Part shown: positions 13,042 to 25,589 of the stretch, piece after piece
Position numbering within the stretch: position 1 is the stretch's first letter
Layout: each line of letters starts with the position of its first letter
Source of the DNA: Anaeramoeba ignava BMAN
Taxonomy: Eukaryota; Protista; Anaeramoebae
NCBI GenBank assembly: GCA_028826165.1
Contig: JAPDFW010000006.1
Coordinates: 35,936-99,935 of the forward strand
DNA length: 64,000 nucleotides
Reading direction: 5' to 3'
The notes under the pieces: generated by a model
Database searches by the model: none
Told to the model about the DNA's origin: nothing
Seen by the model: only the letters and a program-made list of their open reading frames with translations
Made by a program: the position numbers and the translations under genes

Positions 13042-15958
13042 TTAATTTTCTCTTATTCTTTTTAAAGTTTCAAATGCATTTTGAGATAAAATATATTTTT
13101 GTGCATCTTCACCATTTGATTCTAAAGTAAGAAAAGGATTTGTTCTACGTTTTCTTTCCTTATTATTAATAGGTATTTTCTTTTGAGAATTTTGATTAAT
13201 TAATTGAGATAATTTTGGATTTGCAAAAGATCTTCGAGATTTATTTTTTTCATTCTGAGGAAAAAAGGTTTGAATTTTGATTTAAATTTTCATTTTCATT
13301 TAAATTTTCATTTGAATTTTGATTTTGATTTTGATTTGGATTTTCATTTAAAATTTGATTTGAATTTTGATTTAAATTTTGATTTGAATTTTGATTTGAA
13401 TTTTGATTTAAAATTTGCTTTTCTTCATTCTTCTTTTTTAAAATCAATTTTTCTATTTTTTCTGCTAATTCATTTAATCCAGTTTTAGAAGCTATTAGTA
13501 ATGCAATTCCTAACGATTTTTGGAAATGAAACTCTTTGCAAACTTCCCAAGCTTTTATATTGTTTCGAGTTTTACAATAAATATCATATTGGCGAACTAA
13601 TAATGAATCCGTTTCAATCCATCTTGTTTTTTGCTTTTGTGGATCTGAGTTAAATTGTTCCTTTGATTCCATTACTTTTTCAAGAATCAGTTCTTGAAGT
13701 AAATCTGAATCCTCCATTTGGCCGGAAATTGGAACAGATAGTTTCAAAGATGTGATTATTGGTTTTTTCATTGCTGAAGGAAAGGTATCTTTTGCAGAAA
13801 GAAGAATTCCATAAAATTCATTAGATGAAAGTCCAATTGGCCAATATTTCCCACCATCTTTTTGATCAATAAATTTACGGGAATCCAAAACAGGAATAAA
13901 TTGATATCCGAACCAATTATTTGACAAAACTCGCAATATTCCCAAACTATCGAAAGTAGAGAAAAGATTGCTTGAGGAAAACCCAATCCATGCAAGTTTT
14001 GACTTTGGTGATATTGAAATAAGTGATTCATGAATTTTGGATCTTGTTTCCATATCAAGGAGTTGAAATTTCAAATTATGAGTTTCATTTCCATAAACAA
14101 CGCTGAGAAGATTTTCACCGTTTGAAACAATAGAGAGAATTGGGCCAGGAATTGATAAAACAAAGAACTCTCGTCCTGTTGAAGAAAACAGACGAAGAAA
14201 GTTCAAATTAGTTGCAACCGCAATAAATTTTTTGGCACAAGCAATAGAAACTGCCGATTCTGGAGAATCCAAGCTCAATCTCCATTCCTCATTTGTCGGC
14301 CACTGATTCAAAGGTTTGTATTGAATAAGATCCATTCTTGAGTCTTCTTGATCGTTCTGAGAAGAAGAACCTGCAAAAAGCACTCCATAATGAGAAAGAG
14401 TTGCAAGTCCAACATTGTTTCTATTATTCAATCGAAAAGAACGATGTCTTGTTTGGTCATTAAATTCAACATCCAAAATTGAGAGTTCTTCTTCGTCAAT
14501 TGAGATGATTGATCCTGTCATGTTCCAGGCAAGATAACGTCTTGTATTCGATTCAAACGGAGTAGAACTTGTTTGGAATGGTTTCATTATTTGTGAGATA
14601 TCTTGTGAATTTTGCCATTCTTTCCATTTCTTTGTATTTGTAATCTGGTGAATTCTTTTGAATATTTCATGCATATTATCATTTGTAACTTCTTCAAAAT
14701 CATATTCACCTCCACCATTGTTATCACTATCCATTTCAATATCATCGATATCATCAATATCATCACCATCAGATAAAACGTTGACAGTCTCATCTTCTGA
14801 TACATTAATTGCATCCAAATCAGCATATTCATTATCACTATCTTCAACAACTTCTTCCTCAATATTCTTTTCTATTTCTTTTTCCTTTTTCTTTTCTATT
14901 TCTTTTTCCTTCTTTTTCTTCTTTTTCTTGTTTTCTTTTTTTTTTTCTAATACATTTTTCCAAGTTCCAAGTTTTCCATTACAATCCAAAATATAACAAG
15001 TTTTACTTTTGGGTGTGCCCCATCCAAATCCTACAATCTTTGTGTTATGAGCAAAATGATTAATCTCTTTCCCTGATCTTATCTTCCAAATTGTGATTTC
15101 TTTTTGATCCTCGCTTAAGGTTGCAATATATTTTGAATCAATTGAAATTCCCAGAATCAAAAAAGTATGTTTTGAAGGCTTCTTGATTGTCTTTATTTTT
15201 TCCCAAGAATCTCTTGACACAATATTTACGCAGTTGTTTTCTAGATCAGGTACGCAAATAAAGTCTCCTGTTGGGCTCCAAATTGCTCCAAATTTTCCGT
15301 TACTTGAAAATTGATGTTTTGAATTGTTTTCAAATTTTTGGATACTTTTTAAATCATTTTCAGTGAAGATTTGAGTTGTTCCATTGAATTCTGTTGTTGA
15401 AAAATATTTTCCTTTTGGATCGTAAGCAACTTTTGAAACAATTGATTCAAAAGAAGAAATTTCTTTGAATTCTTTTGGATTTTCAATGTTAATAATTCTA
15501 ATTTTAGTTTCATTAAAACTCATTATAATATTTTGAGAATTTGAATCAAAATCAATAGAATTTATTGGAAGATTTTTTCTTGCTAAAGTTGAATGATAAG
15601 AAAGGTCTTTTGAATTATAAAGATGAACTTCTGAATTTTTTGTTCCACAAGCAATAATTTGAGACTTTATTTTATTTCATTTTCAAAAATATTATTTTTT
15701 TAATTTAAATTTTATAATTGAATAATTTTATATTTATTTTACATTTTTTGATAAAGCAAAACATTGAATTCCACTTTGAAGTTTAATTTGATTTGTTGAA
15801 TTTTTTAAATTTTTTAAATGAAAACTTTTTAAAGAACCATCTAAATTACAAGTTAAAATATGTTTTTGAGAAATATTTAATAGAATATCTGAAGCATTTT
15901 TTTCATGAACATTATTCCATTCAATTTGAGAATTAAGATTAAAATTTTGATTTAACAT
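13042..15958 (-). CDS. WDHD1: WDHD1/AND-1/Ctf4 replisome WD40-SepB protein (exons 15958-15743 and 15664-13042; probable 1-nt error near 13265)
   Basis: N-terminal WD40 repeats, acidic linker, FQTSSTPFESNTRRYLAWNMTG (SepB/Mcl1_mid), LAWIGFS...FDSLGILR, YWPIG. A coding-like tail continues in another frame to TAA at 13042. Confidence 0.88.
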
Positions 15959-16149
15959 TTTAAAAGAAAAAATAAAAATTAAAAAAGAAAAAAATAATAA
16001 AATAATTATTTCTTTTTGTTTTGTTGTTTTTTTTTTTATAAACGTTAAATTTTTAATTTTTAATTAAAAAGAAAAAAATTAATTAAAAAAAAATTAACGA
16101 ATCATTATTAAAAAAGAAAAAAAGAAAAAAATAATTTTTGGATTTGATT

Positions 16150-17717
16150 TTGTTCCACTTTTTGATTTTGATTTTAATTTTAATTTTAAATTTGTTTTTA
16201 ATTTTGAATTTGAATTTAATTTTAATTTTGATTTTGATTTAGATTTTGATTTTGATTTTGATTTTGATTTTGATTTTGATTTTGATTTTGGTTTTGATTT
16301 TGATTTTGATTTGATTTTTATTTTTGATTTTGATTTTGATTTTGATTTTGTTCCACTTTTTGAATTTAATTTTGATTTTGAAATAAATTTTGATTTTGAA
16401 ATAAATTTTGATTTTAATTTTGATTTTAATTTTGATTTTAATTTTGAATTTAGATTTAGATTTTGATTTTGATTTTGATTTTGATTTTGATTTTGATTTT
16501 GATTTTGAATTTTGATTTTGATTTTGATTTTGATTTTGATTTTGATTTTGATTTTGAATTTGATTTTGATTTTGATTTTGAATTTGATTTTGATTTTGAT
16601 TTTGTTCGACTTTTTGAATTTGATTTGATTTTGAATTTGAATTTGATTTTGAATTTGATTTTGATTTTCATTTTCAATTTGATTTTGAATTTAGATTTAG
16701 ATTTTGATTTTGATTTTGATTTTGATTTTGATTTTGATTTTGATTTTGATTTTGATTTTGATTTTGATTTTGATTTTGAATTTGATTTTGATTTTGATTT
16801 TAAATTTGATTTTGAATTTGAATTTGAATTTGATTTTGATTTTGATTTTAAATTTGATTTTGATTTTATTTTTAATTTGATTTTGATTTTGATTTTGTTC
16901 CACTTTTTGAATTTAATTTTGATTTTGAAATAAATTTTGATTTTAATTTTGATTTTAATTTTGATTTTAATTTTAATTTTAATTTTGATTTTGATTTTGA
17001 TTTTGATTTTGATTTTGATTTTGAATTTGATTTTGAATTTAATTTTGATTTTGATTTTGAATTTGAATTTGATTTTGATTTTGAATTTGAATTTGATTTT
17101 GATTTTAGTTTTGATTTTAATTTTTGATTTTGATTTTGATTTTGATTTTTGATTTTGATTTTGAATTTTAAATTTTAATTTTGAATTTTAATTTTTGAAT
17201 TTAATTTTGATTTTGAATTTTCAATTTGATTTTAATTTTAATTTTGATTTTGAATTTAAATTTAATTTTGAAATTTTAATTTTGAATTTGAATTTTGATT
17301 TTGATTTTGAATTTGAATTTGATTTTGAATTTTGATTTTTGAATTTGATTTTAATTTTAATTTTGAATTTTGATTTTGATTTTGATTTTGATTTTGATTT
17401 TTTGATTTTGATTTTAATTTTGATTTTTGATTTTTGATTTTTAATTTTGATTTTGATTTTGATTTTGATTTTGATTTTTAATTTTGATTTTGATTTTGAT
17501 TTTGATTTTGATTTTGAATTTTGATTTTGATTTTGATTTTAATTTTGATTTTGATTTTGATTTTGATTTTGAATTTTGATTTTGATTTTGATTTTGAATT
17601 TTGATTTTGATTTTGATTTTGAATTTTAATTTTGATTTTGATTTTGATTTTGATTTTGATTTTGAATTTTGATTTTGATTTTAATTTTAATTTTGATTTT
17701 GATTTTTAATTTTGATT
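16150..17717. repeat. Intergenic (TTTTGA/TTTTAA)n hexamer array with four GTTC(C/G)ACTTTTTGA islands
   Basis: Read directly; islands near 16151, 16350, 16603 and 16897. Confidence 0.85.
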
Positions 17718-20700
17718 TTAGAAAATTGATATTTTTCCAGGAACTAAAGAAGTAGAATCATAACTTGAAAGAAAAGAAAAAATACAACAATTTCCAAAAA
17801 TTGGATCAAAATCTTCAAATTCATAAAGAAGAACAGTAGAATGAGGAACTCTTGGAATACAATATTTACTTTCAAAAACAACAACATTTTGGGAAGAAGT
17901 GATTTGAAGAGAAACTTCATGAGCTTGAGAATTACAACCATCATCTCCATGTTGAACAACATAATAAAAACCGGATAATTTTGATTCTTCAAACATAATT
18001 TTCAATTCCTTTTGTTCTTGTTTGTATTCCAATGAATTTGTTTTAATAAGTCCTTTTTTTGGAACTGCTTTCATTGTGAATTCTTGTTGAATACTTAATT
18101 GTTGAGTATTTTCAATTGGAATTTTGTTAAATAATTTAACTCCTGTTATTACAATTCGACCCAAATGGAGTTTTGCATTTTTTGCTAATTTATTTGTTTG
18201 TCTTTGTTTTTCATTAACAGGAATTGTTAATATTAATGAGACAATTTGGAAAGGTTTTTTCGTTTCAAATGTATAAACAAAACGTGAAAATGGCTCAATA
18301 AATCCAATTTCTGATTCTGATAATTCATTTCCAATTTTATCTTCATTTTCTTTTAAATTTACTTCTTGATTTGATTTGGATTTGGATTTGTATTTAAGAT
18401 TTTTATCTAAATCCCAAACACCAATCGGGAAAATATCAGGGAAATTATTTCCACACACAATATCAATTTTGGGAACATCAAAAGAATTATATCCAAGTGA
18501 ATCAACATCCAAATAAATTTTTTTCAGAATTGTTTGAGTTTCCAATGCAATCATAATTTCAACTTTTTGCTCATTAATTGGAGCATACCAAAATTCATTT
18601 TCAAATGAGTTTATATCAAATAAAATTGATTGAATTGGAAGTGAATCTAAATCTGTTGGAACATGTGATAAAATAAATGCTCTTGGAAATTTTGTTACAA
18701 TTTCTATATTTTCATTTTCATTTTGATCTTCATTTTGATTTTGATTTTCATTTAATTTTTGATTTTCATTTTCATTTTCATTTTCTAAAATTTCTTTTCT
18801 CATTAAATCAATTCCATTTTCTTTTCCTTCCTTCTTTTCATTCCATGTTTTTTTTTGAAGATCTTCCATTGTACTTGCGAGAAATTGAATTGATTGTCTT
18901 TTTTTTCTTATTCTCGAATTTTTTTTTGATTGGAATATTTTCACTTTTTCATAAATTTTGTTTTGTTTTTTTAAAATTGATTCACATGAATCACATACTT
19001 TAAAAGAAGAATCATCAAAATATTCAAGAATCTTTGTTTTTTTTTTTTTAAAATGAATAAATAAAAATAAAAATAAATAAAATAAAGATGTTTAAATTTG
19101 AAATTATTATTCATACTTTTTGATTAGTTTGAGAAACGCAATTTCCACAAAATAATTTCCCACAATATTCACATTGAAAATTAATATTTAAGTCTTGTTT
19201 TTCACATTTTCGATTTGCACATTTCCTTTGATTTTTTGAATCAATTTCAGAATATTTATTATATAATTCTTGCAATTTTTTTTTAATTTCCTCCTTATTA
19301 AATCTTTTAATATGATTTTCCACATCAAATTGTCTCAATTCTTCTTCATCAACTTCACAACAATGAAGAATTAATCTATTTCTTTCTTTTTTTGTTAATT
19401 CAAATGTGTATCTAATTTCCTCCAATTTTAAACAATCTAAAAATGAAATTTGTGATTCTTTGCTTTTTTTTAAGTGATCTATTTTTTCATTTACTGATTT
19501 TTGATAAAATTTCATTTGGATAATTTGGTTTGTTGGTTTCAATTTTGCAAGTTCATCTTTTGCTTGTTTTTTTCTTTTTTTTTTTGATTTTTTTTTCGCT
19601 TCATTTTGATTTTGATTTTGAATTTCAATTTGATTTTGATTTTGATTTTGATTTTTATCAAGAAATTGAAAATCATCATTTTTATCAAGAAATTGAAAAT
19701 CATCATTTTCATCAAATGAAGGCTTATCTTTATTTTGATTTTGATTTTCAATTTGATTTTGATTTTCAATTTGATTTTCATTTTCAATTTTAATTTGATT
19801 TTTATTTTCATTTTCATTTTCATTTTCATTTTCAATTTGATTTTGATTTTTATTTTGATTTTTATTTTGATTTTGATTTTCAATTTGATTTTCAATTTGA
19901 TTTTCAATTTGATTTTCAATTTCATTTTTAATTTCATTTTTAATTTGATTTTCATTTTCATTTTCATTTTCATTTTCATTTTCATTTTCATTTTCATTTT
20001 CATTTTCGGAATAATTCAAATTTTCATTGTTTTCAATTTTTTCATCAAATAAATCATCTGAAGTAATTTGATCTTCACTTTCTGATTCTGAAAGAAAATC
20101 ATTTGAATCAGTAAATTCAAATTTGGGTTCATCTAAAATTTCATCTTGGTTTTTATTGTGCATTTTTTCTACATAATCATCTTCAAATTGATTTCTTTCA
20201 ATATTTAGAAGAGTTTCTTCACTAATTTTTCTGTTTCTAAAAGTATTCAATGTAATCATCTTGATTTTCTCTGCATTTGGGTTTTTCTCAAATAAAAAGA
20301 TGTTATTGAAATAATTTTCAGGATGAACAACTTCTTCAAGATGTTGAATATAATTTTCTGTTTCCTTTTCTCTCAACTTTTTTTCTGATTGTTTTGGTGA
20401 TCCAAAATTAGGCATTTTTCCAAAAATATCAATTTTTCCAATCGCTAATTTTTTTGATTCCTTTCTTTGTATTTGTTCTGAAAATTTTATATAAACCAAA
20501 CGTTGAATTTTTTGTTTTTTTGTATTATTTGTTTGATTTTCTTTCATAGATTGCGAATAAGAATCTATTCTATAATATAATTTTGTTCCGTTATTGCATT
20601 TTGGAATTGGTTGATGATGATAAACAATATTCATTTTTTTAATATAATTCCCAGTATAAACATCAATAAAAGAAGGATAATGAGCATTTGCTTCATTTCT

Positions 20701-23700
20701 TATTGTTAAGCATATTTCTGTGATTATAATTGGTTTACTGAGACAGATTTGGATCTAATTATTATAGTAATTATCATAAATATTATAAATATTCAAATTT
20801 TTTAAATATATTTTTATTTTTCAATATTTAATTGTACATCAATAAAAGGAAGATCAGCTGGAAAATAACAAATTGAAAATGGATCATAAAGAATTTGCTC
20901 AATATTACCATCAGGATCTGGAAATATTTTTTCATAAGATGGACTACTTAAACACCATGTTGGATAATCAGAAACCAATTGAATTTTTTCAAATTCACCT
21001 GAATCATTAGTTAAAGAAGTAAAAAACTTTTTCTTTTTCAAACCAAGAAAAAGTTCATATTGAGATTGTCTTGTTTTATCATGAGCCACATTTTGATACC
21101 TTCTCATTAAAACAATAAGTTTGTTGTTTGGAGCACTTGATAAACTTGTAGAATAGTCTCTAATCATTGCTGTATGCATAGCTTGTGAAGATGTATAAAG
21201 AAATGATGAAATATCCCCAAGATTCACAAACAGTTTTGCTAAATATTCCAAAATTGAAGAAGAAATTAATTCCCGAATTTGCTTTAAATCCATTTTGAAA
21301 CATTGCCATTTTTGTGAATCTAAATTCTTTGTTAATCCCCATCCTAATCTTCTACACATTTCTGCTACAACTTGATTTATAATAACTATTTTTTTTTTGA
21401 ATTTTTTTTGTTAAGCAAAAAATCTTTTTTTTTAATTTGAATTATCAATTATAAATTATACAAAAAGTTCCTAAATTTGTTCTATCTAAAGAATCTGCAC
21501 AATTATATCTATGAATTCCTGTTTGTTTTGTAATTGATTTAAAGAAAGCAAATTGTCCATTTGGACAAAACACTGAATTTATTTCAAAATTATCAACTTC
21601 ATTATCATTTTCATTATCATTATCATTTTCATTATCATTTTCATTATCAAGATCAATTTCAATATCATTATCATTAAAACCAGTTGAATCAATTAAAATA
21701 ATTTCTCCAGAATTCAAATCGTAAGTTTGAAAAGATTTATAAACCTTTTCCCATAATTTCTCAATTGTTTTTGTTTTTCCTTTTGATTTCAATTTATGAT
21801 GCCAATCAAAACTAATAATTGAAAGATCACTATCAACGAAATTTTTGACGTACTCAATACCTTTTTCATAATATTGGCTTAATTGAACTTCAACATCACT
21901 TGGTTGAGATTTAAGAAAATTAACGCATGTTATATTTTTGACTTGTAATCTTTCAATTACTCTCTGAAAATAAACATCTGATAAACTAAATGGATCTTCT
22001 TTAATTATAAATTGTGGTTCTGATAATGAACTTTTCAAAGAAGTTTTCCATTTTAAAGGAACAGTTCCTCTTCTAAATAAATAAGAATACCAACTTGTAA
22101 TTCCGTTGTTTGTTTTCATCATTATAATATCGCATTCCATTTCATTTCCAGCTTCTGTTATAATTTAAATTAATATATTTAAATCAATATTTAAATCAAT
22201 TTTTAAATCAATATTTAAATCAATTTTTAAATCAATATTTTAAATCAATTTTTAAATCAATTTTTAAATCAATTTTTAAATCAATATTTAAATCAATATT
22301 TAAATCAATATTAAATCAATATTTAAATTAATATTTAAATTAATATTTAAATCAATATTTTAATCAATATTTTAAATTAATATTTAAATTAATATTTAAA
22401 TCAATTTTTAAATCAATATTTAAATTAATTATTTAAATCAATATTTAAATCAAATATTTAAATCAATATTTAAATCAAATATTTAAATCAATATTTAAAT
22501 CAATATTTTAAATCAATATTTTTAATCAATATTTTAAATCAATATTTTAAATCAATATTTTAAATCAATATTTAAATCAATATTTAAATCAATATTTAAA
22601 TCAATATTTAAATCAATATTTAAATCAATATTTAAATAAATATATTTAAATCAATATTTAAATCAATTTTTAAATCAATTTTTAAAATAATATTTAAATC
22701 AATATTTTAAATAAATATTTAAATTAATATTTAAATTAATATTTAAATCAATATTTAAATCAATATTTAAAATCAATATTTAAATCAATATTTAAATCAA
22801 TATTTAAATCAATATTTAAAATCAATATTTAAAAAATATTTAAATCAATATTTAAATAAATATTTAAATCAATTTTTAAATCAATATTTAAATCAATATT
22901 TAAATCAAATATATTTAAATCAATATTTAAATCAATATTTAAATCAAATATTTAAATCAATATTTAAATCAATATTTTAAATCAATATTTAAATCAATAT
23001 TTAAATCAATATTTAAATCAATATTTAAATCAATATTTAAATCAATATTTAAATCAATATTTAAATCAATATTTAAATCAATATTTTTAAATCAATATTT
23101 TAAATCAATATTTTAAATCAATTTTTAAATCAATATTTAAATCAATATTTTAAATCAATATATTTAAATCAATATTTAAATCAATATTTAAATAAATATT
23201 TAAATCAATATTTAAATCAATATTTAAATCAATATTTAAATCAAATATTTAAATCAAATATTTAAATCAAATATTTAAATCAATATTAAAATCAATATTT
23301 AAATCAATATTTTAAATCAATATTTTAAATTAATATTTAAATTAATATTTAAATAAATATTTTAAATAAATATTTAATCAATATTTAAATCAATATTTAA
23401 ATTAATATTTAAATTAATATTTTAAATCAATATTTAAATCAATATTTAAATCAATATTTTTAAATCAATATTTAAATCAATATTTAAATCAATATTTAAA
23501 TCAATATTTAAATCAATATTTAAATCAATATTTAAATTAATATTTAAATTAATATTTAAATCAATATTTAAATCAATATTTAAATTAATATTTTAAATCA
23601 ATATTTAAATTAATATTTAAATTAATATTTTAAATCAATATTTTAAATCAATATTAAATCAATATTTTTAAATCAATATTTAAATCAATAATTAAATCAA

Positions 23701-25468
23701 TATTTATATGATTCAAACCTCCTTTTTCATTTAATCCTCTTGCATAATATCTTGTTCCTGGATTTAAATTTGTTTTTTTAGATAATAAAATCATATTCAT
23801 TTCTTCTTGATTTTTTTTTGATTGATCTCCATTTTGATTTGCTAAAACAAATGAACTTTGAGCAAATCCTTGAAGCATAACAATACACCAACGACCTAAA
23901 CCTAATTCTTCAAAACTTTTTCTGAAAGGAAGATTCCAACAAAAATTTGGATCATAACTAGAATAATATTTATTTTAATATTTATTTGAATAATATTATT
24001 TTGAATATTATTTATTTGAATATTTATTTTGAATATTTATTTTGAATATTTAATATTTATTTGAATATTTATTAATTTGAATATTTATTTTGAATATTTA
24101 TTTGAATATTTATTTTGAATATTTAATTTGAATATTTATTTTGAATATTTATTTGAATATTTATTTGAATATTAATTTGAATATTTTTTATTATTTGAAT
24201 ATTATTTATTTTGAATATTTATTAATTTGAATATTTATTTTGAATATTATTTATTTGAATATTTATTTGAATATTTTTTATTATTTGAATATTATTTATT
24301 ATTTGAATATTTATTTTGAATATTATTAATTTGAATATTTATTTATTTGATTATTTATTTTGAATATTTTTTATTTTTACTCTTCAATAGAATAAGGAGA
24401 TGGGAATGGATGAGTAACATCTAACGTTTCTGAAAAATAATGAAAATTATCTACTAAAAATCCCATCATTGTATCAACATTTTTTTGAGTATTTCTTTTT
24501 TTGAAAATTTTTTTAAATTTTGATTTTTTTGGATTTTTTTAAATTTATTGTTTACTTATTTTGTGGTGTAAGATAAGAAAGTGGAACTTTAATCCAATGA
24601 GTTGATTCAATTACTGATATTTGATGTCCACCATAAAATTGAGCATTTGGTTGTATCTTTTTAATTTTAATTTATATTTTAATTTTAATTTTAGTTTTAA
24701 TTTTAATTTTAATTTTAAATTTATATTTTTAATTTATATTTTAATTTTAATTTTGATTTTAATTTAATTTTTAATTTTAATTTGATTTTAATTTTAATTT
24801 TAATTTTAAATTTAATTTTTATTTTAATTTTAATTTTAATTTTAATTATAATTTTAATTTTAAATTTAATTTTGATTTTAATTTAATTTTAATTTGAATT
24901 TTAATTTTAAATTTTAATTTTAATTTGAATTTGATTTTTTCAATCACTTTTGTAGCAATAAGAATTAAACCAAGTGAACCAATAACAATATAACCAATTA
25001 AAGCATCTGCTCTATATGTTTGTTTAATTATATATTGATTTCGACGAACTAAAAAATCTTGTGCACTTTCTTCAGAAGAAAAAAGATCAAATCCTTGAAT
25101 TCCTGAATATTTTAAAGTTCCTACAATTGGGTCAATAGTTAAAATTTGTGTATCTTTTCTTGTAGATAAAGAAGATAAAATAAACTAAAAGAAAATTTTA
25201 ATTTATTTTAAATGGAAAATTTGTTTTAATTGAAAAAATTTTTTTTTTTTACATATTTATTTGATGTAGTTTGAATGACTAAATGAGTTGTTTTTCTTTC
25301 TATTTTCCAATTATTCTCTTGATTATTTTCTTTTTGATTTTGATTTCTTTTTTGCTTTTGAATTTCATTTTCATTTTGATTTTCATTTTCAATTTGAATT
25401 TCATTTTCAATTTCATTTTGATTTTGATTTTGATTTTCAATTAAATTTAAATCTTGATTTGGATTCAT
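17718..25468 (-). CDS. SAC9: SAC9-like phosphoinositide phosphatase, 9 exons, with a FYVE-like Cys8 finger
   Basis: Exons splice in frame: ILSSLSTRKDTQILTIDPIVGTLKY, NPGTRYYARGLN, GNEMEC, RRGTVPLKW, FDWH, catalytic RYNCADSLDRTN (SAC9-type CADSLDRT), LYTSSQAMH, RRYQNVAHDKTRQSQYELFLG, IPKCNNGTKLYY, LEEIRY. Confidence 0.88.
22165..23705. repeat. Intronic 12-nt array (TTTAAATCAATA)n
   Basis: Fills a SAC9 intron between GT and AG sites on the minus strand. Confidence 0.9.
23962..24378. repeat. Intronic ~12-nt array (TTTGAATATTTA)n
   Basis: Fills another SAC9 intron. Confidence 0.85.
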
Positions 25469-25514
25469 AATAAAAATTTTAAATAAAATTTTTTTGTTTA
25501 TTTTGTGTTTAAAA

Positions 25515-25542
25515 AAAAAATGAAAAAAATGAAAAATGAAAA
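25515..25542 (-). promoter_or_regulatory. Tandem TCATTT Inr-like motifs upstream of SAC9
   Basis: AAATGA three times on the plus strand, i.e. in sense orientation for the minus-strand gene. Confidence 0.45.
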
Positions 25543-25589
25543 AAATTAAAAAATTATTTTTTCCGTTTATTTTTTTTTAGTTTTATTAA

